Shown here: positions 47,678-59,168 of the stretch, one piece after another
Layout of the letters: each line of letters starts with the position of its first letter
Numbering within the stretch: the first letter of the stretch is position 1
Assembly (NCBI GenBank): GCA_047495785.1
Contig: JBLDXI010000007.1
Coordinates: forward strand, 4,278,001 to 4,342,000
Direction: 5' to 3'
DNA: 64,000 nucleotides
Source of the DNA: Lepidodermella squamata
Taxonomy: Eukaryota > Animalia > Gastrotricha
Program-made: the position numbers and the translations under genes
The notes under the pieces: generated by a model
Databases searched by the model: none
What the model saw: the letters and a program-made list of their open reading frames with translations, nothing else
What the model was told of the DNA's origin: nothing

Positions 47678-49327
47678 TCATCTGAATTTGCCACAAGAAG
47701 CGTAACATGTGGCGCCGTAAAGGTCATAGCAAGTGCATCTATCGATACCAGACACGTAAAACTCGCGCCACTTCTCGGGCCCACCACTTGCCGGCTTAAT
47801 GCCACAGCCAAGTACGAAATTGCCGGGCGAACACTTGACTTGCCACGTGCCAGTGCCGAACGACTTCTGCACCTCGTAGTTGTAAATGTTCGCCGCACAG
47901 GTGGCGTAACCAGTCGCCCCGTAATTATCGTAAAATTGGCACCCGCTGCCGTCATCAGACGGATAAATGTGCCGCCATGCCTCGGACTTGCCGCCATTCG
48001 GGTGCAAATGACATCCGAGGACTTTCGAACCAGCGGGGCAGTTGAGCGAGAAGAACCACGAGCCTTGAACTGTCATAATCTGCTTACTAGTCGCGGCGTT
48101 GGAGCACCAAAGCGCGCATTCCATGCCGTGGTAGTCGTAGCAGCTGCACGTTTGATCATTCAATGGGACTGAGTGACGCCAGAGTTCAGCTTTCGTACTG
48201 TAAGGCGGGTTCTTCTGGCCGCAGAACAACAACGAATAACCCGGGCGACAGGTCACCGTTTCAATAGCTTTGATGGGGGTGATCAATGAATCCATCCGAA
48301 CAGGTACGTTATCAGCCATTGGATCGCTACATACCGGGTTGTACCTGCAGTAGTTGACGTAGTAATGCTCCAAGTTCGACTTTTTCACCGCGAGTTCGGC
48401 CGCATTCTCATCGGGTAGGTAGCTCGGGGTGAGGAGCTCAGTGACCTGCCTCAGGACGTAGGTTATAGGCATCGGGTTAAGCTCTGACATTGCAGCCCAC
48501 GTCTCCCATCGCCCATCGTGCGACGGCCGACTGCCTAGGTAGAACTCGGAGTATGAAGATCGCTTGCTTTCGAAGGTTTGAGCCGCCTGTTGTTCTGTTG
48601 TAGTAGCAGTTGACATGCTACCAGTGATTCCGAGGAACGACGCCTCCGCCCCGACCTTAACATTGAAACTCTCCGACTCCATCACCGCCCAGGCCATATC
48701 GTCGATCTCACTGCGAACCACAGCCTTCGCGCCCATGGTCATCGAAGTTAGATAATGCGTGCCGAATGTTCGAATGAACTGCGAATAAATCGACTGCTGA
48801 TCGCCTGTTGTCGGCAGCGATCGAACCGCCGTTGCGAAGTTGTCGGTTACTCGAAACGGCAGGAAGGCGTCGAAAGAGGCTTTGTACGTCGTGCATTTCG
48901 CAACGGTCTCAGCGAACGATGTTTTGTACTGGGACGTTTTCGTCTCGACGTGCTTGTACGACGTGCTTGCGCTGAACTTCTGGCCCCAGCCGCCGCCGGA
49001 AACTGACACGTCGACAGACAGCGAGTTCGAGTAGCTCTGGGTGCCGTGAACGGTCGAGGCGTCTGCTCTGTAGGAACACGTCAGAGTTGAGAGGACCTGC
49101 GTGCCATCGGGGACGAGCCATTTTCCGTCGCCTGATTGCTGGCCTCGATTGTAGGTCAAGTTGAAAATTTTCTGTCGGAAGCCAGGGTCAAAGATATTGC
49201 CGTGTGGGTCGCCATAAACTACGTCGTAGCCGAGTCCCAAATAATCGATGTTAGGTAACCTCTGTTGTGCTTGTAACACGGCCGGAAGCGTTAACACTAG
49301 AAGAGAAGTCACAAAATAAGCTAGCAT
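47678..49327 (-). CDS. Secreted MACPF/perforin-like pore-forming protein with three C-terminal Cys/beta-rich repeats, intronless
   Basis: Signal peptide; YLGLGYDVVYGDP; DPGFR; MACPF signature FIRTFGTHY..MTMGA; PMPITY; three C-x-(P/A)-G-x3-L-x-C...WR...YD.(Y/H)G repeats. Confidence 0.88.
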   Translation of the reverse strand: MLAYFVTSLLVLTLPAVLQAQQRLPNIDYLGLGYDVVYGDPHGNIFDPGFRQKIFNLTYNRGQQSGDGKWLVPDGTQVLSTLTCSYRADASTVHGTQSYSNSLSVDVSVSGGGWGQKFSASTSYKHVETKTSQYKTSFAETVAKCTTYKASFDAFLPFRVTDNFATAVRSLPTTGDQQSIYSQFIRTFGTHYLTSMTMGAKAVVRSEIDDMAWAVMESESFNVKVGAEASFLGITGSMSTATTTEQQAAQTFESKRSSYSEFYLGSRPSHDGRWETWAAMSELNPMPITYVLRQVTELLTPSYLPDENAAELAVKKSNLEHYYVNYCRYNPVCSDPMADNVPVRMDSLITPIKAIETVTCRPGYSLLFCGQKNPPYSTKAELWRHSVPLNDQTCSCYDYHGMECALWCSNAATSKQIMTVQGSWFFSLNCPAGSKVLGCHLHPNGGKSEAWRHIYPSDDGSGCQFYDNYGATGYATCAANIYNYEVQKSFGTGTWQVKCSPGNFVLGCGIKPASGGPEKWREFYVSGIDRCTCYDLYGATCYASCGKFR

Positions 49328-50393
49328 TCTCGATAATTCCGAGAAGTCGTTAGAAGCGAGTCTACAGTTCTCCAAAATGGCGGAAACAGTGCAAAGATAA
49401 GAAATGAGAACACTCGAAACCCAGGATTTATCAATTATTATCATAAAATAACACTTTCACACGGTGAAAAAAGGTGAGGTTACTAAGTTGAAGCTGGGCC
49501 CTCTATAAATAGAACGCATAAGATAACGATTCTTCTCCTTAGTCAGATTTCCACTAATTCAATCATTAACTCAAGAAATAAATCAAGAAATAACTAAAAA
49601 CTCGCTTATTTGTAGCCCACGTTGAGGATAGAGAAAAAACTCTGAGTGACAAAGGAAAAATGCTTGGACGGTATTAGCTAACAGACAACCCCCCCCTCTA
49701 GAATGAGAAAACATGGCAAGGAGTGCTGGGGTGTCGCGACACCCCAGCTCCGGGACTCCAACCAAAGGAAGGCTGAAAAAACATCAGGGGGGCATTTGGT
49801 TTCTGCGATTGGGTGCTAGAAAACATCTTAGCTTCTGGATCCTGCCATCGCACACTGCAAACTGCAAAACGGTTGAAAATTGAAAAATACCCGCTCCAGG
49901 ATTGATAAACGATTCTTAATCTTATCTTGAAACCTATTTAAACCATTAGATTTTAGTTGAGCCTTAAACTGAAGAGTTATGCCATGCCTTGAACCCTGCT
50001 TCTATGGCAGATCTACGGCTTTGCTGATTGTATTTTCTCAATGGGCAAAGTTGCGATCTCTATCACTTTGCGAGAGTGCCCTGTACACTTGCGAATGCGA
50101 AATGCGAAAGTGTTCGCCGAGGAGCAATGTGTACCCACAGTGCTAACAACGAAAATTTATTATAAAAATGAACTTGATAGTTTCAATTCAGTTCAATTCA
50201 AGTTAGTGTCAAATCACTAGTCCTCCTTATTCAATTGTCATTCAATTTAAGCATTTAAGTGTGTATTTTACGAGAGGCTGCGATGAGTTTTGTTTTATTC
50301 TATGTATGTACTCGATAGTAGCTATAGCATCTTCAAGTACTCTCCTTCCTCCAGTACATCAAATCCACACAACATAATATTCAAGTGTTAACA

Positions 50394-50681
50394 ATGTTAT
50401 TTAACATGCAAACAATGAAACCGCCAATGCATATCAATCTGTTCCGGGTATTATTTATTGGCATCTCTAACTACTCAAATCGTGGATTATGCCGTAAGAT
50501 ACCGTTGATTTTGTAAAATTTGTTACAATTTTTCCATATAGAAACAACCCCGCGAAAAGAGGGCTCAGATGCCGTCGATTTCACAGCGCTTTACGTCACA
50601 GTCGCTTTCATGCTGGTAGTTGTTATAGTAATGACGTTTATTACGTTTTACGTCTTAAAACGACCTCCCTGCAAGTGCTAA
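50394..50681 (+). CDS. Small single-pass membrane protein with Cys-containing tail (not in ORF track)
   Basis: join(50394 or 50415-50493,50542-50681) gives ...LFRVLFIGISNYSNRGLCQTTPRKEGSDAVDFTALYVTVAFMLVVVIVMTFITFYVLKRPPCKC*. 48-nt phase-1 intron; AATAAA at 50721. Confidence 0.5.
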
Positions 50682-50879
50682 ATGCTACCGATATTTATAT
50701 CGTGTGATTCAACATCTTGTAATAAAGCGGATTTTCCTCGATAAAATCACTTTCTGCCTAGGGACTAAAATCGGCGCGGGCAATATAAGCCATCTAAGCT
50801 GTCAAAAATGGCTAAATTACTTCCGGCGCATTTTCCGCGCATATTTTCGTGGGGTAAAATTTCTGATTTCGCTGACATC

Positions 50880-53248
50880 ATGGCCCTGGTTTTTAAACTA
50901 TTTTTTGCAACACTCTTGTTGCTTGCTCTTGTTAGCCGCCAGGTTGACTGCGTTCAATCGAAGCAGTCGAAAACCGGCTCAAGTCGCCAGTCGAATGTCA
51001 CGCCAAAAGATCCGAAGAGGAAGCTCAAGGTCACAAATACAACGAAAACTGTCGATGAATTTTCGACACAGAATCTATTGCGATCTCTTTTCCACAACTA
51101 TGTTAAAGTTTGGGATTTTCTCTGAAATATATATTGATTAGCAAAAAGTGTTTTGTAACAGGAAGCAATGCCTCAAAAGTAAGAGTTTTGATCGATTAGA
51201 CCGAGATGTATTTCGATAACTCTTCTAGACCTGTGGTTGTTCGAATGGATGTTTTGCTGCTTAAAGTTTTAGCCACGGTAGCGCCATTTACGAAAATCTA
51301 CTGGAAATATAATTGTTACTTTCCAGGTAGAGAAAGATGGAATATTGGAGTCTGTGATCGGTCTTGTTATCGTAAGTCCAGAGTCATCCGACAGAAAAAG
51401 AGCCTATCACTCCAATTTTAGGAATGGAATGATAAACGGATGAGCTGGGATCCTGATTTGTATGAAAACATTACGTTTTTGGCTTTCGATTCCGAGAGAG
51501 TTTGGCTTCCAGATATAGCTGTAAATTCCTACAAGATTCGTTTTCGTTTATGGAATCACGTTTTTTCGTAGATGACTAATTCTGCTGAGCACCTGTATCA
51601 AATCTCGAGGGACTTGCGCTTCGTTGTTCGAGTGAAATACGACGGAACCATGACGTTTGTCCCGACCGGGACTGCTCGAACGTGGTGCCACTTGAAACTA
51701 CTCGAGTTCCCGTTCGACATCCAAACTTGTACTCTCGAGTTCGAATCTTGGTCGCTCGACTCTTCTACAATGACGTTCGACGGCCGATCATCGGTCATTA
51801 TTGATTCAGCTTTTGACTCAACTCAGTTCTTCCTTTGCAGCACTCAAGCTACGGTATATATAGGATGAAAGCTGAATGCTGATAGCATTATAAATTACAT
51901 TATAAATTTGTTTCCTCGCATCCAGACCTACACACATACATACGAATTCTCCGGCGAAAAATTCACCCGGGTTAAAATAGACCTAACTCTGAAGAGGAAG
52001 AGCACTTTCTTTGTCATCAACCTCATTTTCCCTGTAAGTTAAAAAAGAAACCTAGGATCGAAAATAATCCGCCTTTTTCAGTGCACCGTTCTCTCGATCA
52101 TCCAACTTTTAGTCTTCATTCTCTCCCCAATCAACTCCACAGTGGATCGAATAGGCTTCGGAACTACCAACATGTTGACTCTGGTCGTTTTTCAAACAAT
52201 TGTGACCGCGGAAATGCCTAAAACAAGCGATGCTGTCACCGCCCTTTCAAAATACATCATAGCCTTGGTAATTTTATCCGGCTTTGGAATTCTGGAGTCA
52301 GTTGCTGTGGAGAGGCTGCTGGAATTCAGAATGAGACCGCCGCCATTGATCCTTCTAAGACTTCTGAGACCTTTGCCTCTGCTTTTCCGGGAGAAAGCGT
52401 CTTCAGCAGAGTTCGACCTGTTGATTGGAAAAGCTGAACAGTATCTGAAAGGCAGCCATCAACCTGAAAGCAGCCCCGATCAAGGATCCGATTCCACGAA
52501 ATCTTCTCCCACTTCGAAAACGTCAGCGCAAGGTTTCAGTAATCCATCTGGAAAAGATGAGCCACTTGTCATAAACCTCTTCATGGGCGAGCGGGAAGTT
52601 GCGGGTATCGGGGCTGTGGAAATTAGCGTGGAGACCCCGAATTCAAGGCGGAAATATAGTACAAGAGCTCCGTCGGAAAATGCAATGAAATCTTGCGAAT
52701 CCGGCATCGAACTCTCCCGGTCGATGAGTTTCGCTCAGACCAACTACATCAGCCCCAGTTCATCGGAGCAGTTCTTTCCCAGGGACAGTGCTTTGATAGA
52801 AACAGATAACGAAATCGGCCGCGAAGACGAGCCCGAGTTGAAATACTGCGCAAGGGTTAAATCTAAAGGACGGGCAGCGGTGAATCGTCGATTTCGGGGT
52901 CGAAAGGTACCTAGCTCCTCAGGCATCGCAACTGGTTTCATGGCTTCATCTGGCCTTGGTCTTATGATGTTAGGCAAAACCGGCGAAAAAGCGGCCAGAA
53001 AATGGCAAAAATTCAATGACGAATATTATTTGAACAACTCGAAACTATGGCGTGAAGTTGCATTAAGGTGAGGGTGGTTTGATCATGGTTTCGGATAATT
53101 TCATCGATTTTTATAATTATCCAGGATTGACTTTCTGCTTTTTGCGACGTACGTTTTTCTAGTGTTTGGGCTGCCGTGCTTGCTGTTCGTACCCTCCGCG
53201 TTTCCTGTCAACAGCTGCGAAATGGAAAATTTTCATCCTCACCCTTGA
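50880..53248 (+). CDS. Cys-loop pLGIC subunit (non-alpha nAChR/5-HT3-like), tandem copy A
   Basis: Signal peptide; EWNDKRMSWDP; VWLPDIA; Cys loop CHLKLLEFPFDIQTC; ESWS; M2 VDRIGFGTTNMLTLVVF. Many small exons including a 17-nt microexon; M4 exon at 53125-53248. Confidence 0.88.
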
Positions 53249-53672
53249 GTACCAATGGCCTGATAAAAACAGCTGATAAATAGCTAGCGACTTATCTTCC
53301 CTTCACTTATTCATATAAATGACGTTCTCTATTTGTGGTTTTAATAAAAAAAAATATAATTACAGCGCGAGCGTCAAAAATTTGGAAATTAGATTGAATA
53401 GTGAAATATCGCAATCGCCGACAGGTATTTTTCCGCAAAAACTTGCCCGCCTTCCATACGAACGAATGGTGTGCGAGGGTCAACCTAACAGGCTATAGGA
53501 CTTTTTGATTATTTATCACACGTCTTATTGCGACACGATATTTTTGGATCCTCTCAAGTAGGGTAAATAGCCGCATTAAGTACAGTTTAAAGCCTGTAGA
53601 TGCAAACAAACAATATGCTCCATCCAAAGCCAACACGCAGGATACTACTACCATTCATCAAAACTATATACA

Positions 53673-54005
53673 ATGTTTAGACAAGCTAGTGATGCTACCA
53701 GGCAGTTATCTATAAATTTACCTCTCTTCCTAACAGGTTTGATTTAAAATTCGCAAGTTACCCATATTTATCTCCATTTTCAAGTTACTCTAATAACGAT
53801 CGTTCAATTGGATTCAATTTATGGCCAAAGCACGACTACGACAGCGAGAACTACAACGACCACGCCTCGATTTCGGGGAACTCCTTCTCCGGATTTAGAG
53901 ACTTACGGATCAAAAGGAGACTATATTGGACTGGCTATCCCGTTTCTTTTCATAGCAATAGCAGCAACAGTGATTATTACTCTAAATTGCTGCTCTTGTT
54001 GTTAA
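53673..54005 (+). CDS. Small type I membrane protein: signal, Thr-rich ectodomain, TM, CCSCC tail
   Basis: join(53673-53736,53785-54005) with a 48-nt phase-1 intron gives MFRQ...LPLFLTVTLITIVQLDSIYG|QSTTTTARTTTTTPR...YIGLAIPFLFIAIAATVIITLNCCSCC*. Confidence 0.6.
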
Positions 54006-54524
54006 AATTTAAACATTGCGCTGTTCGAGGAAATAAAATGACTGACCATATAAATGGAAATTCTGATTTTTTCCTAGCATTATCGATATCGAGTCCAGTC
54101 GACCGATGTCGAGATAATCCGACGTTTGACGTCAATCCGAGAAAAAAATTGGTGTTTAATCCTAAAATTGATATTATTTAGTTCATTTTTGATAGTGAAC
54201 TGATTCGTAATGAATCTGCAAGACATTCGTCTATGATTATGGACTTTGCTCTTTTCTTTTGAAGGACACACATGAAGAAGCGGATGATGGATGCTCTCAG
54301 CTGAAACAAGGGGCTTTGTAATGCAATGAAGAGAAATGAGCCCAGAGCAATTGAAGTGCAGCCTCGGGCTGGTAGTTCCTATTTTCTCAATCTTGTCTGC
54401 CAATCACAAAAAACTGTCTTATCATCATCGAAGAAATCTTTAGCAAATAGCGAAAGAACGTAGAAATACCAATAGTACTTTACAGCCGATTAATATTGAA
54501 CCTCAAACTTTGGCCTGTTTCGTA

Positions 54525-57102
54525 ATGTTAATGGCTGCTAATTTGGTTCTCATCTGCTTGTGGCTATCGCTGTTTCCCTTTGAAGCCGAGGGAGCGCTAG
54601 GGGCAAAACCTGGCGGTGGAGGCTACTCGTCTGGCAGTACATATAGCAAGTTGAAGAAGAAGACGAAACCATCGAATAACACACTGCTTCAAAGTGGCGC
54701 GAACGATCCGGACGAATTTACGACGCAAGGTCTTTTACGAACCCTCTTCGCGAATTACGTAAAGGTAACGAAGTGATTTATCAGAGATTCATCAAATAGC
54801 TACGCTGATTTTATTTACGCAGGAGGCTATGCCTGAGAAGTAAGTTTGTTACATTTCTTTCCTTTTAATATTGAAATCGTGTGGAATATTTACTATTTTT
54901 TTAATTTCAGACCTGTTGTCGTTAGTATGGATATTATGCTGCTAAAAGTAAAGTCCACCGTAAGCAAATGCGTTATTTTTCCACAATAATCAACACATTT
55001 CTTATGTTTAGGTTGAAAAGGAAGGCATTTTCGAGTCTGTAATCGGTCTTGTAATCGTGAGTCTTGCGGAATTCTTACTGCTACTCGTTTTTCAGTTTCT
55101 CCGATGAAGGAGTGGCGCGACAAAAGAATGACATGGGACCCGGCGAAATATGGAAACATAACCTTGTTGGCGTTTGATTCTGAGAAGGGTGAGTTTTAAT
55201 GATGCATCATCGCCTTACAGACCCATCTTTATTTTATCGTTTTTTCTCAGTTTGGCTTCCTGATATTGCGGTGAGAAGACAGGAAATTAGATCTTAAATA
55301 GGCGATACATTTTTATTAATACTCCAGATGACGAACTCGGCGGAACACCTATATCAGATACCTCGTGACTTGAGGTTCATAGTCAGGGTCAACTCTGACG
55401 GTACTATGAAGTTCGTTCCAACCGGAACAGCCAGAACCTGGTGCCATTTGCGTCTTCTCCAGTTTCCATTCGATATCCAAACATGCTCACTTGAATTCGA
55501 ATCCTGGTCCTTGGATTCGTCGACAATGACTTTCGATGGAAAATCAACTGTAATTATTGACTCGGCTTTCGATTCCACACAATACTTCCTATGCAGCACG
55601 AAAGCAACAGTAAATAATCCTTGAATACTTTTCCAATTGTTAAGCTCCAATTTTCCTATGGTAGACTTATCAGCATACATACAGCTTCTCAGGGGAGAAA
55701 TTCACGAGAGTTCGGGTTGATCTCACTGTGAAGAGAAAAAGCACGTTCTACGTTATCAATCTTATCTTCCCGGTATTTTCCTGTAATTGTTAATATTCAT
55801 CTCCTAACTTCTGGGTTTTTCTTTAAGTGTGCCGTGCTGTCGGTTATTCAACTGTTAGTCTTCATCCTCTCATCTGTCAACACCACTGTCGACAGGATCG
55901 GCTTCGGAACAACTAACATGCTGACCCTAGTCGTTTTTCAAACAATTGTCACTGAAGAAATGCCGAAAACAAGCGATGCAGTAACTGCCCTGTCAAAGTA
56001 CATCATCGCCCTGATTCTAGTTTCAGCCATTTGCATCGTGGAGTCTGTCATCGTTGAGCGAATGTTAGATTTACAGCTGAAACCGCCCCCTTTGTTCGTC
56101 CTGAGAATCTTCCAGCGATTACCTGCTCTTTTCCGGGAGAAATCAAGCACTGAAGAATTTGAACTGCTAATCGAAAAGGCCGAGGAGTACAAGAAACGCG
56201 GCAATTTTGACTCGGATAACGTGAAAAATGAACGATACGAGCGGAGGTCATTCCGAAGGAGAGCGCCACCCTTCAGTCCTCATTCTTTGCAGCGGATTGA
56301 TGCGACTAGGAAGAAGTCGATCTTAGACCTATACGAGCGGCCTCTGTACACAATTTCTGGCAACGGCAGCGTCGGGAGGAAGGAAAGTTCAGACGCCTCG
56401 GAGCCGGAAACGAAAGAAGAGCCACTTCAAATCGACGTTTTGCTAGGCGAAAAAGAACCGCAACAGGACAGTATGGTTGAGATTCGAGTGAAGAACATGA
56501 ACGAACACACGGACAGTGAAACGTGGCATGGAAATTACCAAACGTCATCGAAGGCTATCCGGTTGAGCTTCAAGTCGTTGTCGAGTAATGGAAATATGCA
56601 CTGCACTGAAACTGCAAGTTCGGGCATTGGCCTCTCTCGGTCGATGAGTTTCGCTAGGACTAACTACGTCAGCGCTAGCCCATCCCAGCAGCAATTCAAT
56701 GTGGATGAAGAAATCCCTGTGCGGCCGAAACCCGAAGTCAAAGAGGAAGCCTTGCCGGAGAAGATGAAGCCTGTGGTTGAAGAAAGCCCCCGTCCCAGGA
56801 CTCACACCAATCCATCGACCTTAACAGCCGGTTTAATGGGCAATGCTCCACTCAGCTTCATGATGTTGGGCAAAACTGGCGAGAAAGCGGCAAAACAGGT
56901 TAAAAAGTATACGGACGATTACATCGTGAACAACGCGAAACTGTGGCGTGAAGTTGTGTATCGCATTGATTTTCTGCTTTTCGTAACCTGCGGCTGCCTG
57001 ATTGTCACTATTCCGTGTGGGCTGTTCATGCCATTGGCTTTTAGGCATAACAATTGTGAGAATTTAGATGAAAATATGGAGAGGCACGATGTTATAAATT
57101 GA
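54525..57102 (+). CDS. Cys-loop pLGIC subunit, tandem copy B
   Basis: Very similar ECD and TM sequence to copy A (MTNSAEHLYQI.RDLRF, CHLRLLQFPFDIQTC, VDRIGFGTTNMLTLVVFQ); divergent long M3-M4 loop. Confidence 0.88.
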
Positions 57103-57449
57103 CATGAAAAAACTCACTTATTTTGACGTATGAAAGCAAATATTTGTAATAAAGCGCTTTGCTAAATATGTTGAGTAAACTGTCTCCACCCAAAATCCTG
57201 GATTTGTTCCGTGCCCCGAAAACAGATTAGCTGAAATCTTTTCCCCGAAAAGAGGTAACCCGATATCAGATTCCTAGAAAACAGTGAGCATGACTGAGTT
57301 GTATTGATACAGCGGTTTTTCCGGAAACAGCGAAGACACGCACGGCTTGTCCTTACAGACTATCCAAAGGCTATCGGTTAAAATGTTAACAGAAAGCGCG
57401 ACGCACTTTAACTCTCCACTACTACTACATCGCCATTTGCGATCAGTAA

Positions 57450-58990
57450 TTTTTGACTAAATTTTTGACTAACATAAACACGACAAAGTCGAAGAATCAG
57501 TCTCCTTTGGTGAACCTTACCTTGCTACAACCCAAAGGGCGCAAGCATGTGGCTGCTACTCAACCTATTGCGCCGTATTTGCCTGGCTATTGTAGCTGTA
57601 TTATTGTAGTCTGGCCCGACTGGCGAACAAACTTTTGGTGCGCGTGGGTGGTATACCACCCATTATCTGATTCCACCTTTTTATCAGCTCTAGGGGCCGA
57701 ATTATGCATGAAATACATGAATAACACTATGCTTAACAATATTACGTCGTCTCTAGCGAATATTAGGCAAAATAAGGTCTCCAGGGCTTGGAAACCGGCT
57801 AAAACCCGAAAAATACCGAGAAATACCTGTACCTGTAGCTCAGCCATTTTTTAATATTTTTCTAGATTTTTCTCGCATAGCTTTATCAAGAGGCGATTGA
57901 GGAATACCTAAAAGGGCATCGAAAATTCCGCGCTATAAAAACGTTGTGCGCGTCGGAAATTTCGCTTGGATTGGATACCACCCAAGGGTATTGGTATTGG
58001 CGTTTATATTACCGATTACCTTACTGCCCGAAAAGTTAGTCAGCCTCGTATAAAAGTCGGCCTCATATATAAGAGGGCGTCCAAGGATCATTGGAAATAA
58101 TCAAGGCCAGGAATAGTTTGAAGTTTAAAGGATTTTGAATTCTACTACGTCATCATCATCATCGCCTTGGGTTAAAAGCCGAGCATATTCCGATCTATTT
58201 AGAGGCCAATTCTTAGGAAGTGTTGTGTTGCGACACGTGATGAGTTGAGTAGGCTTCAAAATGATAAACGTCAGGCCTCGGGGTTTCGACTTGTAATGAA
58301 AAAAATTAAGGACAGGCCCATAATTTCGGGCAGTGCGGTAGCTTATAGCAGCGCCCGCAAAGGCTTCAGCGATGGTTAAATCAGCGAAGAAGCGCGAACT
58401 TGATGGTGAAGAAGGCAGTTTGTCTTCAATGATTAATAGATTAGGGTCAACAATTGAAGCAATTACTTTAAAATTTGTTAACATCAAGGTGAGCTCGGAA
58501 AATTCTAGGTAAAATCTTGGGGTTCATATTTGTTTCACACGGATACCTGAATTTTTTCATTAATTTATGACATAACAGTGAACTAGACGCATGTTTTGAG
58601 GGTGAACTTTGGACCCAAAATTTGAGCTAATAACAGGGTGAATAACATTCAACGAAAATTAATGTTAGCACGGGCCAAGTGTTGTTTGCTGTTTTTTCAT
58701 TTTGCACAAAAAAGTGAGCTTTCGGCTTGCTTCAGGCGCGTTTTCGAGGAAACATGTTCCCGGTCACGCAGCACTTATGGAAAATTATACCGGCTAATCC
58801 GTTTTTGGGGCGATGGGAACGCACCAAATCCGGATAGTGATTTCTGCATAATTAGGTTCAAGGAATTGAATTTTGCATGGATGGATTTTCTTGTAAGCAA
58901 GCCCGGAAGTTATTATATAGGCCTGGAAGTTCTACTGTGTGGTGCACTGCTTTATCAGCCATTGCCTGGAAATTGACTGGAAGATAAGAC
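57450..58990 (-). mobile_element. Heavily decayed LINE reverse-transcriptase relic
   Basis: Minus-strand LIFARDDVILLS (YADD-like) and fragments such as NRLLIKL; no intact ORF. Boundaries approximate. Confidence 0.4.
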
Positions 58991-59168
58991 ATTATTATGT
59001 TGTTATCGTCGTTAACTTAAGCCAGAATGAACGCATATAGACACGTTTCGGGCGTAACCTACGTCACAGTCGCCGAAAACAGGCGCTGTTTACTTCTAAT
59101 TCTTGTAAATCCCATTCCTCACTCCCCACCCATGCCACCACTGCCCATTCGTTGCAATACTTGAAAAA

